A stretch of DNA of 64,000 bases from Squalus acanthias (taxonomy: Eukaryota): positions 120,592,001 through 120,656,000 of the forward strand of contig CM059432.1 in the NCBI GenBank assembly GCA_030390025.1, given 5' to 3'. Under the pieces are notes generated by a model. It was not told the origin of the DNA. It was given only the letters and a program-made list of their open reading frames with translations, and ran no database searches. This document shows, piece by piece, positions 1 to 13,247 of this stretch; the first letter of the stretch is position 1; the number at the start of each line of letters is the position of its first letter. A program made the position numbers and the translations under genes.

Positions 1-850
1 TCCGGGCGCAAAGATTAGCGCCTGGCGCTAATTATCGCCACTGACTGGAAACTTCACTTTTAATGACCCGGGAGGTGATTGGAGCGCTAAATCAGGCGCT
101 GCACACCTGTCTTAAGGCGCAAAGGCCGAGGAGTGAGGCGCTAACTCAGAGCGCTGGCGAAGCTCATGTAATGTCAGTCAGCAATGGAACACAAACACAA
201 TGGCACGGGCCAGTTCTTAAAGGGGATGGTTGATCTTGCTTTCCATCCACATCCTGCTCATTGCAGCCTTGAATCTCGGCCTGGAGAGACCTGCACATCA
301 AATCTGCTGGAAAGAACAATGGAGAGTACCAGGCAAAGAGCTCAGAGTGCAGCCCCCACAGTCTCTTCTAAATCGATACAAGGAATGGCAAATCAAAATG
401 AACCTGCAAAGTGCTGCTCAGTACCCAAAACTCCTTCACACAACGTTGAATCTCTCCAGAAGTCTCTCTCACTCTCTCTCAGAATGCGTAGTTCAAAAAT
501 GGCACCAACAATAAAAGGCAGGAAGCGGTCAACTTTAAATAGCGCTCCCCCTTTCCCTTCATGACAGAAGAACGCTCCTATCAACCTGTCGTTGCTAGCG
601 TCAGGCGGTAAGGCAGGGGGCGCCACTCAATATCCGCTCCGGGGCGATACCGGGGCGTTGCACACTCGTCTGACGTCACGATCTGCCGGCGCAGGAGATC
701 GTGGCGGTAGTGTTTAGCGCCGCCGCAAAATGTCTAGTTAATTTCGCGAGCGGCGCAAACTTCGCCGTGCCCGGGCGCTAGCTGCTTTGCGCCCCATTAG
801 CGCCCTCTTAAGGCGCTACCGGGAGGCGCAACCAACTGAATTTTTCCCCC
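1..850. mobile_element. Non-autonomous PIF/Harbinger element (family A), left end outside window
   Basis: Ends in TIR ACTGAATTTTTCCCCC (850); near-identical reverse complement of the complete copy at 48324-49216. Confidence 0.85.
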
Positions 851-868
851 TATATACATATATATCAT

Positions 869-1529
869 GGGCCGGATATTCCGATCCCTATGGGTGTGTA
901 CGGGCTGTGTACACACCTGTAGGGACATCGGAAATGCCGGTTTCAGGCATGCACAGCGCATGCGCTGAAAACTGGCATTTCCGATCTGTCAAGAATGCTC
1001 TTGACAGATTGGACGCCTGCCCGGGAGAAGGGCCTCTGCGGGCAGATAGTTCTGCTTTCTGGATACTCTCTGCCCGCAGAAAACTCTTAGAATTCTTACA
1101 CATTTATCATTTAAAAATACTTTAAAAAAGGTAAGTTTATTTTTAGCCCTGTAAAAAACTTAAATTATTTTTTTCAAAAAATTAAATTTTTGTTTAAAAT
1201 ATTTAATTTATTGTAATTTCAACTAATTTTAGAAATCTGATTTTTAAATTTTTTTATTTAATGTATTAAAGTGTTTTTGGGGTGATCTCCATTCATATAT
1301 TTGACAGGTCTATCTGTCAAGTGTATGAAGGGAGATTCCCTTCTTTGATTGGCTGCCCATGGCCCACGTGATCCCAGGGACGCTTGCGAACCGCATGCGC
1401 CTCTGGGATACGTGGGCCCTGCGCACTTGGAGTTGGAGAAGCCGAGCATCGGAACTATACGCACCTCGGGAGCCCTCAGGTAAGTGCGTAGATTTTTTCC
1501 AGATCGGAGGCACGCGGAAAATACGGCCC
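869..1529. mobile_element. Harbinger-type MITE (family B)
   Basis: Imperfect TIR GGGCCGGATATTCCG...CGGAAAATACGGCCC; AT-rich core shared with 13248-13951 and 45279-46041. Confidence 0.8.
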
Positions 1530-1689
1530 TATATTGCTGTTTTAAGCATTATATTTGCAAAGACTATTGGCAATTTCAATGCAAGCATTAACCTCTTTAT
1601 TTTAAGTTCCTGGCATGTCCATTTAAAAATACTCTTGAAAAAAATTATTCGTACATTGACACCTGTTGATCTCCCAGAACCAAATCCAT

Positions 1690-1865
1690 GGGGGTTAATT
1701 TGGACTTTGTGCACCCGTGTAAAACGTGCGATAGCGAGTCGGGAGCCCAGTTTACGTCTCTCCCGCTTGACTTCAATGTAAATAAAAATCGGGAGAGATG
1801 TAAAACAGGCTGCCGATTCACTATCACCCGTTTTACACTGTCGCACAAAGTCAAGATCTACCCCC
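1690..1865. mobile_element. Short palindromic MITE
   Basis: GGGGGTTAATTTGGACTTTGTGC...GCACAAAGTCAAGATCTACCCCC; long imperfect inverted repeat. Confidence 0.7.
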
Positions 1866-2406
1866 CTGATGTCCGCTGAATATCTGAGCCACATGGATAA
1901 CACATTTTACTGGCGTTGCATATCCAGCTGACTACATTTCTTGCTAGATCTAGAACCAGAGTCTGAAAAATCAATTAAAACATACTCAATTGCATTTCAG
2001 CTGGTTAATGTAAAAATTCCCATGACAATGCTTGCAGATAATCAAGAGTGCAGAAATGTTGATTGTTGATATTACTGACTGAGATGGAAGAGGAAGTGTA
2101 TTTGGTTTGCTTCACAGGGGAGCTGTGAAGGACACTACAGAGTTGGTCTTCTTTATTGTTCCCCTGTGATTTCAACCAATATCCTTCGTATTCAATCTCA
2201 GTCAGTAACCTTACAGTACAATTTTAATTGCTACCTTTTACTTGAAATCTGATCTTATACTGAGTCTCTTGAGTTTTCCTTCCTGTGGAGATATTTGCGT
2301 ATTACTGAGGTTTCCGGTTCATAAGTAAGCCGATGTATTAATGATCATCGCCTGTGACACTTCTGTGACAATTACTGGCATTATATTTTTAAAAGGAGAG
2401 AAAGCT

Positions 2407-2991
2407 GCCTTGAATCTCGGCCTGGAGAGACTTGCACATCAAATGTGCTGGAAAGAACAATGTAGAGCACCAGGCAAAGAGCTCAGAGTGCAGCTCCCAC
2501 GGTCTCTGCTAAATCGATACAAGGAATGGCAAATCAAAATGAACCTGCAAAGTGCTGCTCAGTACCCAAAACTCCTTCACACAACGTTGAATCTCTCCAG
2601 AAGTCTCTCCCTCTCTCTCTCAGAATGCGTAGTTCAAAAATGCCACCAACAATAAAAGACAGGAAGAGGCCCCCTTTAAATAGCGCCCCCCCCAGCCCCA
2701 CAGCGATTGATAGCGTTCCAGTCTTCTGGTCGTTGGAAGCGCCAGGCGGTAAGGCAGGGGGCGCCACTCAATTTCCGCTACGGGGCGCCCCAAGGGCGTT
2801 GCACCATGGAATGACGTCACAATCTGCGCGCGCAGGTGGTCGCAGCGGTAAGTTTTAGCGCCGCCGCACAATCTCAAGTTAAGTTCTCGAGCGGCGCAAA
2901 CATCGTTGCGCCCGGGCGTTAGCGGCTTTGCGCCCCATTAGCGCCCTCTTAAGGCACTAACGGGTGGCGCAACCAAGTGAATTTTTACCCC
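2407..2991. mobile_element. Truncated copy of Harbinger non-autonomous family A
   Basis: Collinear with about 267-850 and ends in TIR-like GTGAATTTTTACCCC. Confidence 0.8.
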
Positions 2992-4001
2992 AAAGACTTT
3001 CATTTATAGTAGACAAATGCTTGGCATCATTAGAAACAATGTTTCTGGGTCCCCTCTGCCTGGGGGCTAAAGAGGATCAGCACACCCAAACTATGCTGCA
3101 CCTGTCCGGCTCTGAGAGCACCTGGATTTCCTGCTCTGAGCCATATCTGGGCAGCCATGGTGCAGGCCCATCTCCTAGCAGAGATTAGCACTGGTGATAG
3201 GGACTGGAAAATCTTAGGCCTGCAGCTGCCTCTGTAGCCCAGGAGATCAGGGCCTTCTGGTTGCTGATGGAGATCAGCAGCTAGAAGGTCCTGAATGTAC
3301 CTTAAAATTCTCAGAGGGATGAAAAGATATAATGCTGCACTCACCTATAATTTGTTTGGCCTGCTCCCAGGGCCCTCGCAGCCCCTCTAGTCAAGCACCA
3401 GCCTTTTCTCAGTGCCCAGCAGATGTTTCCACTAGGAAATGAGACAGAAGATCAGGAACACACCTCCTGTGTCTCATTTAATGGTGCTATTTGGTCTGCA
3501 TTTCCATCCCTCCCCCAGGAAAACCAAAGGAATTCCAGTTTTGCTTGAAAGGGGCTTGATAATCTGAGTCTTCCCCACTTTTTCTAGCCCTTGCATCTGC
3601 AGAACGCTCAGTCTCTGGGTGCAAGAGCCAGAAAAATAAAACTATCAAGTGGAAAAAAGCTACTGAATACGTTATGAATATGAGACATGGGCCAGAATTT
3701 TCCGTACCTGAGCGGGTCAGGTGCGGGCGGTCACCGGGGCGGGTCACAACCCTGTTCCTGATTCCATCCCACTCCTGAGATCGACTTTGCGATAATGGGG
3801 CCTATTAAGGCAGCCCTGCGCGTTTCCCAGCCCAATTAAATGGTGCACGTCTGATGATGTCAGCGATGATGTGTTTTCAGCTGGGATATTTAAAGGAGCC
3901 ATGGCCACATTGCATTTGAAGGTTCATCTAGGAGTGTGTAGGCAGCACACTGGACAAATTGGACTGCTGGAAAGAGTGCCAAATATAACTGCACTGAGAC
4001 A

Positions 4002-4223
4002 GAGGGCTGCACCCAGGTTCTCCGATGACTCCCTCCACATGCTTGTGGAGGGAGTGAGAGCATGCAGGGAGGTCCTCTTCCCTTGTAATGGGCGTAAGAG
4101 ACCTCCACAGGAGACAAAAAGAGCCTGGCTCCAAATAGCAGAGGAGGTGAACAGCAGGGATGTGGTCAGGAGGACCTGGGTTCAGTGCCGCAAATGTTTC
4201 AATGATCTCATTAGATCAGGAAA
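4002..4223 (+). pseudogene. Harbinger Myb/SANT-like DNA-binding protein, exon 1
   Basis: RAAPRFSDDSL...KRAWLQIAEEVN...RTWVQCRKCFNDL trihelix pattern, then donor GTGAGT at 4224. Confidence 0.8.
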
Positions 4224-4478
4224 GGTGAGTACAAAGCCACACTCAACTTCATCCTGCTGTGCCTCTCATCACATCCCCATCACTCTGCCTTCCCAACCCT
4301 GCTGCTGCCCAGCCTTACTCACACCAACATACCTTGCACGTCCACCCATCTCTCTCCCTCTATCTACATTATCAAATCCCCATCTTACAAGCCACCCCTC
4401 ACACTCACCATCATCCTAATGCAATCATATCAACTAACAACACACAAGGAGGCCACATGGCATTGCCTCCCCACTCCA

Positions 4479-5381
4479 TCATAGTCTCGTCTTCATTGGA
4501 TAGTCCTTGTCTCCAAGCAGCCAGCCGGAAAGTCTGTTTGGAGGAGCAAAGAGCTGAGGGAGGCTGGACTGGCGCAGGACGGAAGAGTCATGGCAGCTGC
4601 CAGGGAATTTGGTGCACACATGCGTGATGATCTTCTTATGGTTGCAGATCAACTGCACATTGAGGGAGTGGAAACCCTTGTGGTTCACAAAGACTCCTGG
4701 GTGCTGATAGGGTGCCCTGATGGCCACAGGTCTGCAGTCGATGATGCCCTGCAACCATGGGAAGCCAGCCAGAGCGGCAAAGTCGAGCACCCACTCAGGA
4801 ACACTGGTTTCATCAATGGCAAAGTTGATATAATTGGCTGACTTGTCAAACAGGGCATCGGTGACCCGTGTGATGCATCTGTGGGCGGCCGACTGTGAGA
4901 TGCCGCAAATGTCTGCAGCCGATCCCTGGAAGGAGCCTGAGGCGAAGAAGTTGAAGGCACTGGTGACTTTGACAGCCACTGGTAAGGTATGTCCAGCCGC
5001 TCCTCTGGGCTGCAGGTCTTGCTCCAGCAATCCGCAAATGTCTGCGATGACCTGGCGCGATAGCCTAAGCCTCCTTTGGCACTTCTGCTTCGTCATGTTG
5101 AGGAAGCTCATCCTCTGCCTGTATACCCTGTGTTGGGGGTATTGCCTTCAGCGCGGTGCAGCACTACACTGATGCCCTCTGTCCTGCGCTGATGCCCTCT
5201 GTCCTGCGCTGATGCCCGCTGTCCTGTGCTGATGCCCTCTTTCCTGTGCAGCATCAGGTGGTTGAGGAGAAGGTCGGTGGTGTTGTTGTTGGTGCTGCTG
5301 GTTTGCCTGGTGCTGCTGGTGTTGGAGTTGATCATGGTGGGATTCTGAGCACCAAGGTGAGAAAGTATAAACGGCACCCAT
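4479..5381 (-). pseudogene. Harbinger (HARBI1-like) DDE transposase, C-terminus deleted, one in-frame TGA at 5148-5150
   Basis: [45 protein letters not shown] motifs; ATG at 5381 is in the same frame as ORF 4479-5111. Confidence 0.88.
5171..5250. repeat. 4 x 20-bp tandem repeat GATGCCCTCTGTCCTGCGCT
   Basis: Read directly. Confidence 0.9.
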
Positions 5382-6190
5382 GCTGATGGAATAGATGGCA
5401 ATTCAAGTAGAGATGACAGAAGCAAGCTGTCAATGGTGTGAAAGGTTCCACCAACGAGGTGAGACTGGATGGCGACTTTGCTGCAAACACTTGCAGCCTG
5501 TAGAAAGCTGAATCTGTGCTGACAATTCAGTCAGCAACAGCTTCTGCCTGAGGATAGTGGTCAGCTGTGAGGTGGGAGTTTTTATTGCACTTTCCAGGCG
5601 GTGCACTAATCAACTGGATCAATGGCCACTTGACTCCTGCCTCAGGTTGACAGATGTGGTTCCTGAGCTGCGTGATTCCCATGGTCATCCAGTGAAATTT
5701 GAATGGTAGGGTGAAAAAGACTCTTAAGGGTCTGACAAATACTTAATAATGTTTTAAATTAGCTCGCCCGCCTCTGCCGTTCAGGTCACTGCTGCGCCGG
5801 CAAACGCGCCCAAGGGAAGGCACGTGGGGGCAGAATGATGGCGGGTTCCCAACCCGCTGCAAGATATTTCAAATTTCCCATCCGACCCACCTGCGATTGC
5901 GCCCACATGGACCCCAGAAAATTCCGGCCATGGTGTCTGAAGTGCTAAAACCTGCTGATAGAGGCTGAATAGAAAATATAAGCAGGTGTCTAAATGGCTG
6001 TACAAGAATTACCACTGCCTGAGTAACTGGAATTCCTACCCTGAAACTCAGCACAGAACTGAAAGAATTTTAAACGGAAATGGGTGAATTATGAGCTAGC
6101 TACAGGTACTAAAGTAAAGAAAACTTAATGATCTTATAACTCCTTGTCATAATCAGTCATGATCCTCTTGATCTGTATAATATGTTTACT

Positions 6191-9100
6191 TAAGAACATA
6201 AGAAATAGAAGCAGGACAAGGTCATACGGCCCCTCGAGCCTCCTCCACCACTCAATAAGATCATGGCCGATCATCGACCTCAACTCCACTTTCCTGCCCG
6301 ATCTCCATATCCCTTGATTCCCCGAGAGTCCAAAAATCTATCGCTCTCTGTCTTGAATATACTCAATGACTCAGCATTCACAGCCCTCTGGGGCAGAGAA
6401 TTCCAAAGATTCACAACCCTCTGAGTGAAGAAATTCCTCCTCATCTCGATCCTAAATGGCCGACACCTTATCCTCAGACTATGCCCCCTAGGTCTAGACA
6501 CTCCAGCCAGGGGAAACAACCTCTCAGCATCTACCCTGTCAATCCCCTTCAGAATCTTGTATGTTTCAATGAGATCACCTCTCAGTCTTCTAAACTCCAG
6601 AGAGTATAGGCCAATTCTACACAATCTCTCATCATAGGACAGCCCTCTCATCCCAGGAATCAATCACGTGAACCTTCATTGCACCGCCTCCAAGGCAAGT
6701 ACATCCTTCCTTAGATAAGGAGACCAAAACTGTGCACATTACTCCAGGTGTGGTCTCACCAAGGCCCTGTACACTTGTAGCAAGACGTCCTTGCTCTTAT
6801 ACGCCAACCCCCTTGCAATAAAGGCCAACATGCCATTTGCCTTCCTTATTGCTTGCTGTACCTGCATGTTACCTTTCTGGGTTTCTTGCACGAGGACACC
6901 CAAATTTCTCTGAACACCAACATTTGAAAGTTTCTCACCATTTCAAAAATATTCTGTTTTTCTATTCTTCCTATCAAAGTGAATAACCTCACATTTCCCT
7001 ACATTATACTCCATCTGCCACCTTACTGCCCATTCACTTAGTCTATCTATGTCCCTTTGCAGACTTTGTGTTCTCCTCACAGCTTACTATCCCACCTAAC
7101 GTTGTATCATCAGCAAACCTGGATACATTACACTCGGTCCCTTCATCTAGGTCATTAATACAGATTGTAAATAGCTGAGGCCCCAACACTGATCCTTGCG
7201 ACACCCCACTAGTTATAGCCTGCCAACCTGAAAAAGATCTGTTCATCCCTACCCTATGTTTTCTGACCGTTAACCAATTCTCTATCCATGCTACTATATT
7301 ACCCCCAACCCCATGAGCCCTAATCTTGTGTAATAATCTTTTATGTGGCACCTTATCAAATGCCTTTTGGAAATCCAAATATACTACATCCACAGGTTCC
7401 CCTTTATCTGCCCTGTTAGTTACATCCTCAAAAAACTCGAATAAATTTGTCAAACACAATTTCCCTTTCATGAAACCATGTTCACTATGCCTAATCATGT
7501 TATGATTTTCTAATGCCCTGATACCACTTCCTTAACAATGGATTCCAGCATTTTCCCAATGACTGATGTCAGGCTAACTGGCCTGTTGTTCCATGTTTTC
7601 TCTCTCCCTCCTTTCTTGAATAGCGGTGTTACATTTGCGACCTTCCAATTTGCTGGGACCGTTCTAGAATCTAGGGAATTTTGGAAGATCAAAACCAATG
7701 CATCCATTATCTCTTCAGCCACCTCTTTTAGAACCCTAGAATGTAGGCCGCCAGGTCCAGCAGATTTGTCAGTTTTTAGTCTCATTCATTTCTCTAGTAC
7801 TTTTTCTCTACTTATATTAATTACATTAAGTTCCTCACCCTCATTAGATCCTTGGTTCCCCACCATTTTTGGTATGCTTTTTGTGTCTTCTACTGTGAAG
7901 ACAGATACAAAATATTTGTTTAACATTTCTGCCATTTCCTTATTCCCCATAATAATTTCTCCTGTCTCAGCCTTTAAGAGACCAATGTTTACTTTTGCTA
8001 CTTTCTTCCTTTTTACATACTTGCAGAGCTCTTACAATCTGCGTTTATATTTCTTGCTAGTTTTCTCTCATATTCTATTTTTTCCCTTTTTATCAATTTT
8101 TTGGTCTTCCTTTGCTGATTTCTGAAACTCTCCCAATCCTTAGGCTTACTAGTAATCTTCACAACATTATGAGCTTCTTCTTTCAATCTAATGCTATCCT
8201 TAACTTCTTTAGTTAGCTATGGATGGATCACTTTTCCCATGGAGTTTTTGTTTCTCAATGGAATGTATTTTTGTTGAGGATTATGAAATAGTTCTTTAAA
8301 TGCTAGCCACTGCTTATCTACCGCCATACCTTTTAATCTATTTTTCCAATCTACCTTTGCCAACTCGCCGCTCATGCCTATGTAATTGGCTTTATTTAAG
8401 TTTAAGACTCTAGTTTCAGACTTAGGCAAGTCACTCTCAAACTTAATGTGAAATTCTATCATATTATGATCACTCTGCCCCAGAGGATCCTTTACTACGA
8501 GACTGCTGGTTAACCCTGTCTCATTATACAATACAAGATCTAAAATAGCCTGTTCCCTGGTTGGTTCCATGACATATTGTTCTAGGAAACTGTCCCAAAT
8601 GCATTCCATGAACTCGTCCTCTGGACTACCTTTGCCAATTTGATTTGTCCAGTCTATATGAAGATTAAAATCCCCCACGATTATTGCATTACCTTTGTTA
8701 CAAGCTCCTACTATTTCTTGATTAATATTCTGTCCAATGGTATAGCTACTTTTAGGCGGCCTATATACTACTGCCCCTTGTTATTCTTTATCTCCACCCA
8801 TACTGATTCTATTTCCTGATCTTCTGAGCCGAGATCCTTTCTCTCTACTGTCCTTATGTCATCCTTTATTATCAGGGCTACTCCCCCTCCTTTTCCATTC
8901 TGCCTCCCTTTTCGAACTGTCAAGTACCCTGGAACATTTAGTTCTCAACCTTGGTCACCTTGCAACCATGTCTCTGTAATGGCTATTAGATCAAACCCAT
9001 TTATCTCTATTTGTGCCACTAGTTCATCTATCTTGTTACGAATGCTTTGTGCATTCAGATAAAGAGCCTTTAATTTAATTTTTTTACAAATTTTCCCTGC

Positions 9101-9252
9101 TTTGACCTTATTCTCTGCTGCACTGCTACCGTTAAATGTTCTGTCCCTTCCTGTCACACTCTGCTTATTTTTACCCAAATTGCTACACTGCTCTATTGCC
9201 TTGGCCTTTCTCTTTAGATTTCTAAATTTCCCCTCACCTGACCCCTCCCCCT
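6191..9252 (-). mobile_element. CR1 LINE, degenerate ORF2 (APE endonuclease plus RT) with 3' tail
   Basis: IAITETWL, GDFN, SDHN, DFQKAFDKVPH, QGSVLGP, FADD, RRLRGDLIE fragments; TTCTTATGTTCTTA-type tail. Confidence 0.92.
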
Positions 9253-10237
9253 CGGGATACAGCAGGTTAAGGGAAAAATATAGAAAGTTCTACAGAAATT
9301 TTGAGAATAATTTCTAGTGAAAGAAGAATATTATAGATGAGAGCTATGTGTTCAATTCAAGAAATTAATAAAATGGGGAATTGGTTAATCGCTGTTATGG
9401 TATTCAAGAAACATGCAGGAACTTGAGATTTTGGTGGACTGGAAGAGCACTGTGGAGTGATCAGATTGTGTTTGGAGTCAGAAGCAGCCATGTGAGAGAG
9501 AGACAGTCATTGACAGAACCAGAACTCGACCTTGAGAAAGATTTGGATAGATTAACAGCATCAAATTAATCAGCTCAATAATGATGTCCATAATAAATTA
9601 GTTGGTACCTAGAAAACAGGAGCACAGAGCAGAGATTGAATGGAGGTGTAAGATCTTAAATGATCCCTCAGAGTTCTTGGACAAGACACAAATATGCAGC
9701 AGCCAGTATGTTTGAGCAATAGATCAAGATTTACTAAGCTTACAGCGTAATATACTTAACAATAGGCGATAGTTTTAACGAGTAGCTCGCAGCCCTGGTC
9801 TCTAGAACCTCAGACACAGGTGACGTCGTCTTCAATCTATTCCTTTGCCTTCGCAGTAGTTTTGTGTGAAGTTATTCTTTTAGTATCGGGGTTTTAACCC
9901 TTTTCTTATCAACAGTTTGTTTCGCCAGTGTCCATATATGGTCTTTAACAAAATCACCTTTTTTCATAGGTTCTAATGGTCAAAATACCATTGTCACTCA
10001 GACTAAGGGTAGCATCTTGACTCCTCCTGGCTCAGTAATTTTCCCTGTTCTACCCTGTTCATGGTTATCTTGTTTATACGTTTCTTCACTTTATTGGAAT
10101 TTATCTTATCTCTCTTATTCTATTATTCCTGGTACAAGCAGTACATGGCCTAATACCAAGGGGCCCATGTCAGAGCTGTCTCCCTTATCTTGACGGTGTT
10201 CAGACTATCTCACTTTGATCTACCAAGTGGATAATTG

Positions 10238-11065
10238 GGGGGTGATTTTATCAATGGGGACGTAATGGAGGCGGACTGCTGCTTGGCGGGTTTTAGTCCC
10301 GCCTTCATCGACGTCCGGCCAACCCACGCTATTTTCCCTTGATTGACCTTGTTAAGCGGGCTTAGCCGGCCAATTAAGGGAAAGCCGGCTACAGGTGACG
10401 TCAGCGAGTGACGTTTCATCTGTCAAGATTTTTTGACAGATGAATTGTCATCGTTTGACAGCTCTGTGAAGCTGTCAAACACTGACAATCTGTCTTCTAA
10501 GTTGAGTCCTTTACTCTAGACTGACTCAATTAGAAAGCTTTCCTGAGCAGAAAGCAGAAGGCTGCTGCATTTAAGAATGCAGCGGCCATTCTGCTTTCTC
10601 TGCTGGTGAGATGAGGCAGCTCCGCAGCCTAAAGGGATAAAGTCTGGAGGAAGAAACAGAGGTAAATAATCTTATTAAAACACTCTACACTCACCTCACA
10701 CACTTACCTTTCCACACTTGCACTCATCACTCATCTGCACACTGGACATTTCGGCCCCTCCAACCCCCGCAGACCCATGGCTCACCTCGCTGACCCTGGT
10801 GAGGTTCGGAGCTGTCGAGAAGCCCACACTTTAAAATAGGGATTAGCCAAAAATCTGCCTGTTAACTACCTGTTAACAGGCAGTTAATTGTCACTAATCC
10901 CCTTCCCGCCTCGAGGAGACGGGACCCGGCGCGGGTCGGGTACCCGCCTCCTGGAAAGATGGCACGGAGGCGGGTTGGGGGCGGGATGGGTACTCGCTCC
11001 CAGATTCTGCCATTTTCCCGGCAGTCCTGCCTCCATACCCGCCTCCCCAGGGCAAAATCGCCCCC
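10238..11065. mobile_element. Harbinger-type MITE
   Basis: TIR GGGGGTGATTTT...AAAATCGCCCCC with TTG TSD on both sides. Confidence 0.8.
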
Positions 11066-11596
11066 TTGAACTCCCAAGATCTCTTTCATTTTACATCTTT
11101 TATACTAATTATCTTTCAAATATCTTTGCAATTAGTTTTGTTAAGCAAAATCTAATTCCTACTTAGCATTATAATATGTTATTAATACTATAATATGTTA
11201 TTTAACAATTTAACCTTCACTCGCAGCCTGTGGCTGTTTGTTATATAAGCTTAGTCAAAACTGCTTTTTAACTGTCTTCGTGGCTACATTCGAACAGTCT
11301 TTAGTATTTCCATATTCACAGAGAATCATGGGTAAGATTAGTTGGTCAATGGCTATGCTTGAATTTATACATACATGATTCCCATCTACTAAGAATCTCT
11401 AATACCAGTCTTTCACACAGAGGTGAAGCGATTTCCAAAGGCCACATGGGGCTACCAGGCCCACTGGTGGGTGGTTGGGGGTGGGGGGGGGCGGAGTTAG
11501 AGATTTCTATGGTCAAAGGGCAGTTGCACCCACATTTTATTTTAATTTTTATGGCTGCCTCCCACAGTGCTAATCCCAAATAACGTATGGGGTGTA

Positions 11597-11958
11597 GTGC
11601 TGAGGGAGTGCTGCACTGTCGGAGGTTCTGTCTGTCAGATGAGACGTTAAACCGAGGGCCCGTCTGCTCTCTCAGGTGAATGTAAAAGATCTCGTGGCAT
11701 TATTTAGAAGATGAGCAGAGGAGTTATCCCCGGTGTCCTGGGGATAACTATTTATCCCTCAATCAACATTGCAAAAAAAAAGATTATCTGATCATTATCA
11801 CATTGCTGTATGTGGGAGCTTGCTGTGCGCATATTGGTTGCCGCGTTTCCTACATTACAACAGTGACTCCACTCCAAAAGTACTTCATTGGCTGTAAAGC
11901 ACTTTGGGATGTCCGATGGTCATGAAAGGCACTATATAAATGCAAGTCTTTCTTTCTT
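11597..11958 (+). mobile_element. Deu-domain SINE (SacSINE1-like), 5' truncated
   Basis: GTGCTGAGGGAGTGCTGCACTGTCGGAGG...GATGAGACGTTAAACCGAGG core and GAAAGGCACTATATAAATGCAAGTCTTTCTTTC tail; family name from memory. Confidence 0.7.
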
Positions 11959-12399
11959 TAAATGGAACTCAGGCCTAATGAGCCAGGGGTGTAACTTGTG
12001 TACAGGCTCCCAGCCCCCTGAGGATTCACCATCCACAGTGGAGTTGCTACAGGCCTCAGGCCTTCATGCTGATAGGAATTAGTGTAATTAGTCCCAGAGA
12101 ATTGAAACAGTGAAGGATACAAAAAAACATCCAAAAAAGTTGTTTGTAACAATAAGGGTCAATGACAATGCAAAAGTTAAGTTTTAGCAAGACTATGAAA
12201 CTATATGTAATCCACCCCATCTCAAAGAGTACACAAATAAAGTGACAATGTTCCATTTTGAGTTTTTTATTTGAGATATTGTTCTTGGGTTCTACAACGC
12301 AGACAGCTCCTGTAGGCTGGTTGGTTTTTACTCTGGAACTTCTTTGGAATTTCTCTGTAGTTTTTGTGAATACTCAAAAAGTTACATTTATTAATCTCC

Positions 12400-12628
12400 T
12401 GGAATGGTTCGATCGCCTAGATGGGTCGGGGAGGAATTTCCCAGATATTTTTCCCCAAATTGGCCTGGGTTTTTAATCTTTTTTTTGCCTCCCCTAGGAA
12501 ATTACATGGTTTTGGATGGGGTGGGGTGGGGTGGAGAGTATATGTTGTGATACACAAGGTATTGCAATTGTGTGGGACAGACTGGATAGACCAGAGGGTC
12601 TTTACCTGTCCGTCATTGTTCGTATGGA
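12400..12628 (+). mobile_element. LINE (CR1-like) 3' UTR fragment
   Basis: Ends in GACTGGATAGACCAGAGGGTCTTTACCTGTC stem-loop-type tail. Confidence 0.45.
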
Positions 12629-13247
12629 CTGGGGAAATAGATTTCCCAATGGCAATCCCTCTCTTCCTGTGCTATGAAGGGGAAAAGTATTAGGATATGG
12701 AAGAAGATAGACTGGAGGCTGAGATTGAGTTTTGTTTCCGACATGTCAACATCCATTTACTTACTTAGAATTCTCTGACCATCAGTGCCTCAGAAGGCTA
12801 TACTTCTCCCCAGACCCCACCCTCTCCTCACCCCTCACCCCCCACCCCTGGTGGCTATTGGGGAGTTCTGTCAGCTATTGCTGGAAGAGCCCACTTCTGC
12901 CAGGAGACCAGTATTTTCTATAGCTGTGAAAGTGAGCTCGACATTGAATTATTTTCACCATTTGGTCCATCCAGTCTTGGGTGACCATTCTCACATTAGT
13001 CAAGCAGCAGCACACTATCATATAAAGAAGGTCGCTGCTGCAAAATTCAGGTGTGTATTGTAGTTTATTACCTTCGCCAAGAAATTTGCAAAACAAAGAG
13101 AGCAAGCAGTCCAATTCTATACACGTGCAAGGAGCAGTTGATGGAACATGTGACACTCAAAGTCCCATATAAGAACCCCTCAATTTAATTAATAGGTGAG
13201 GCTTTCATTCAATAAACATCCGGCTAGTTTGTGATGCCAATCATATT

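Larger units (their letters stand above)
3689..5929. mobile_element. Internally deleted PIF/Harbinger transposon with convergent Myb/SANT and transposase genes
   Basis: TIR GGGCCAGAATTTTCCG...CAGAAAATTCCGGCC; CAT flanks; contains both Harbinger gene remnants. Confidence 0.85.

Noticed and set aside
184..564. 126-aa ORF recurring at 48610-48990 and partly at 2526-2858
   Set aside because: Conservation is explained by copies of one non-autonomous element; no domain recognised
7538..8125. Long hydrophobic ORFs (also 57263-58220)
   Set aside because: Antisense shadows of CR1 ORF2
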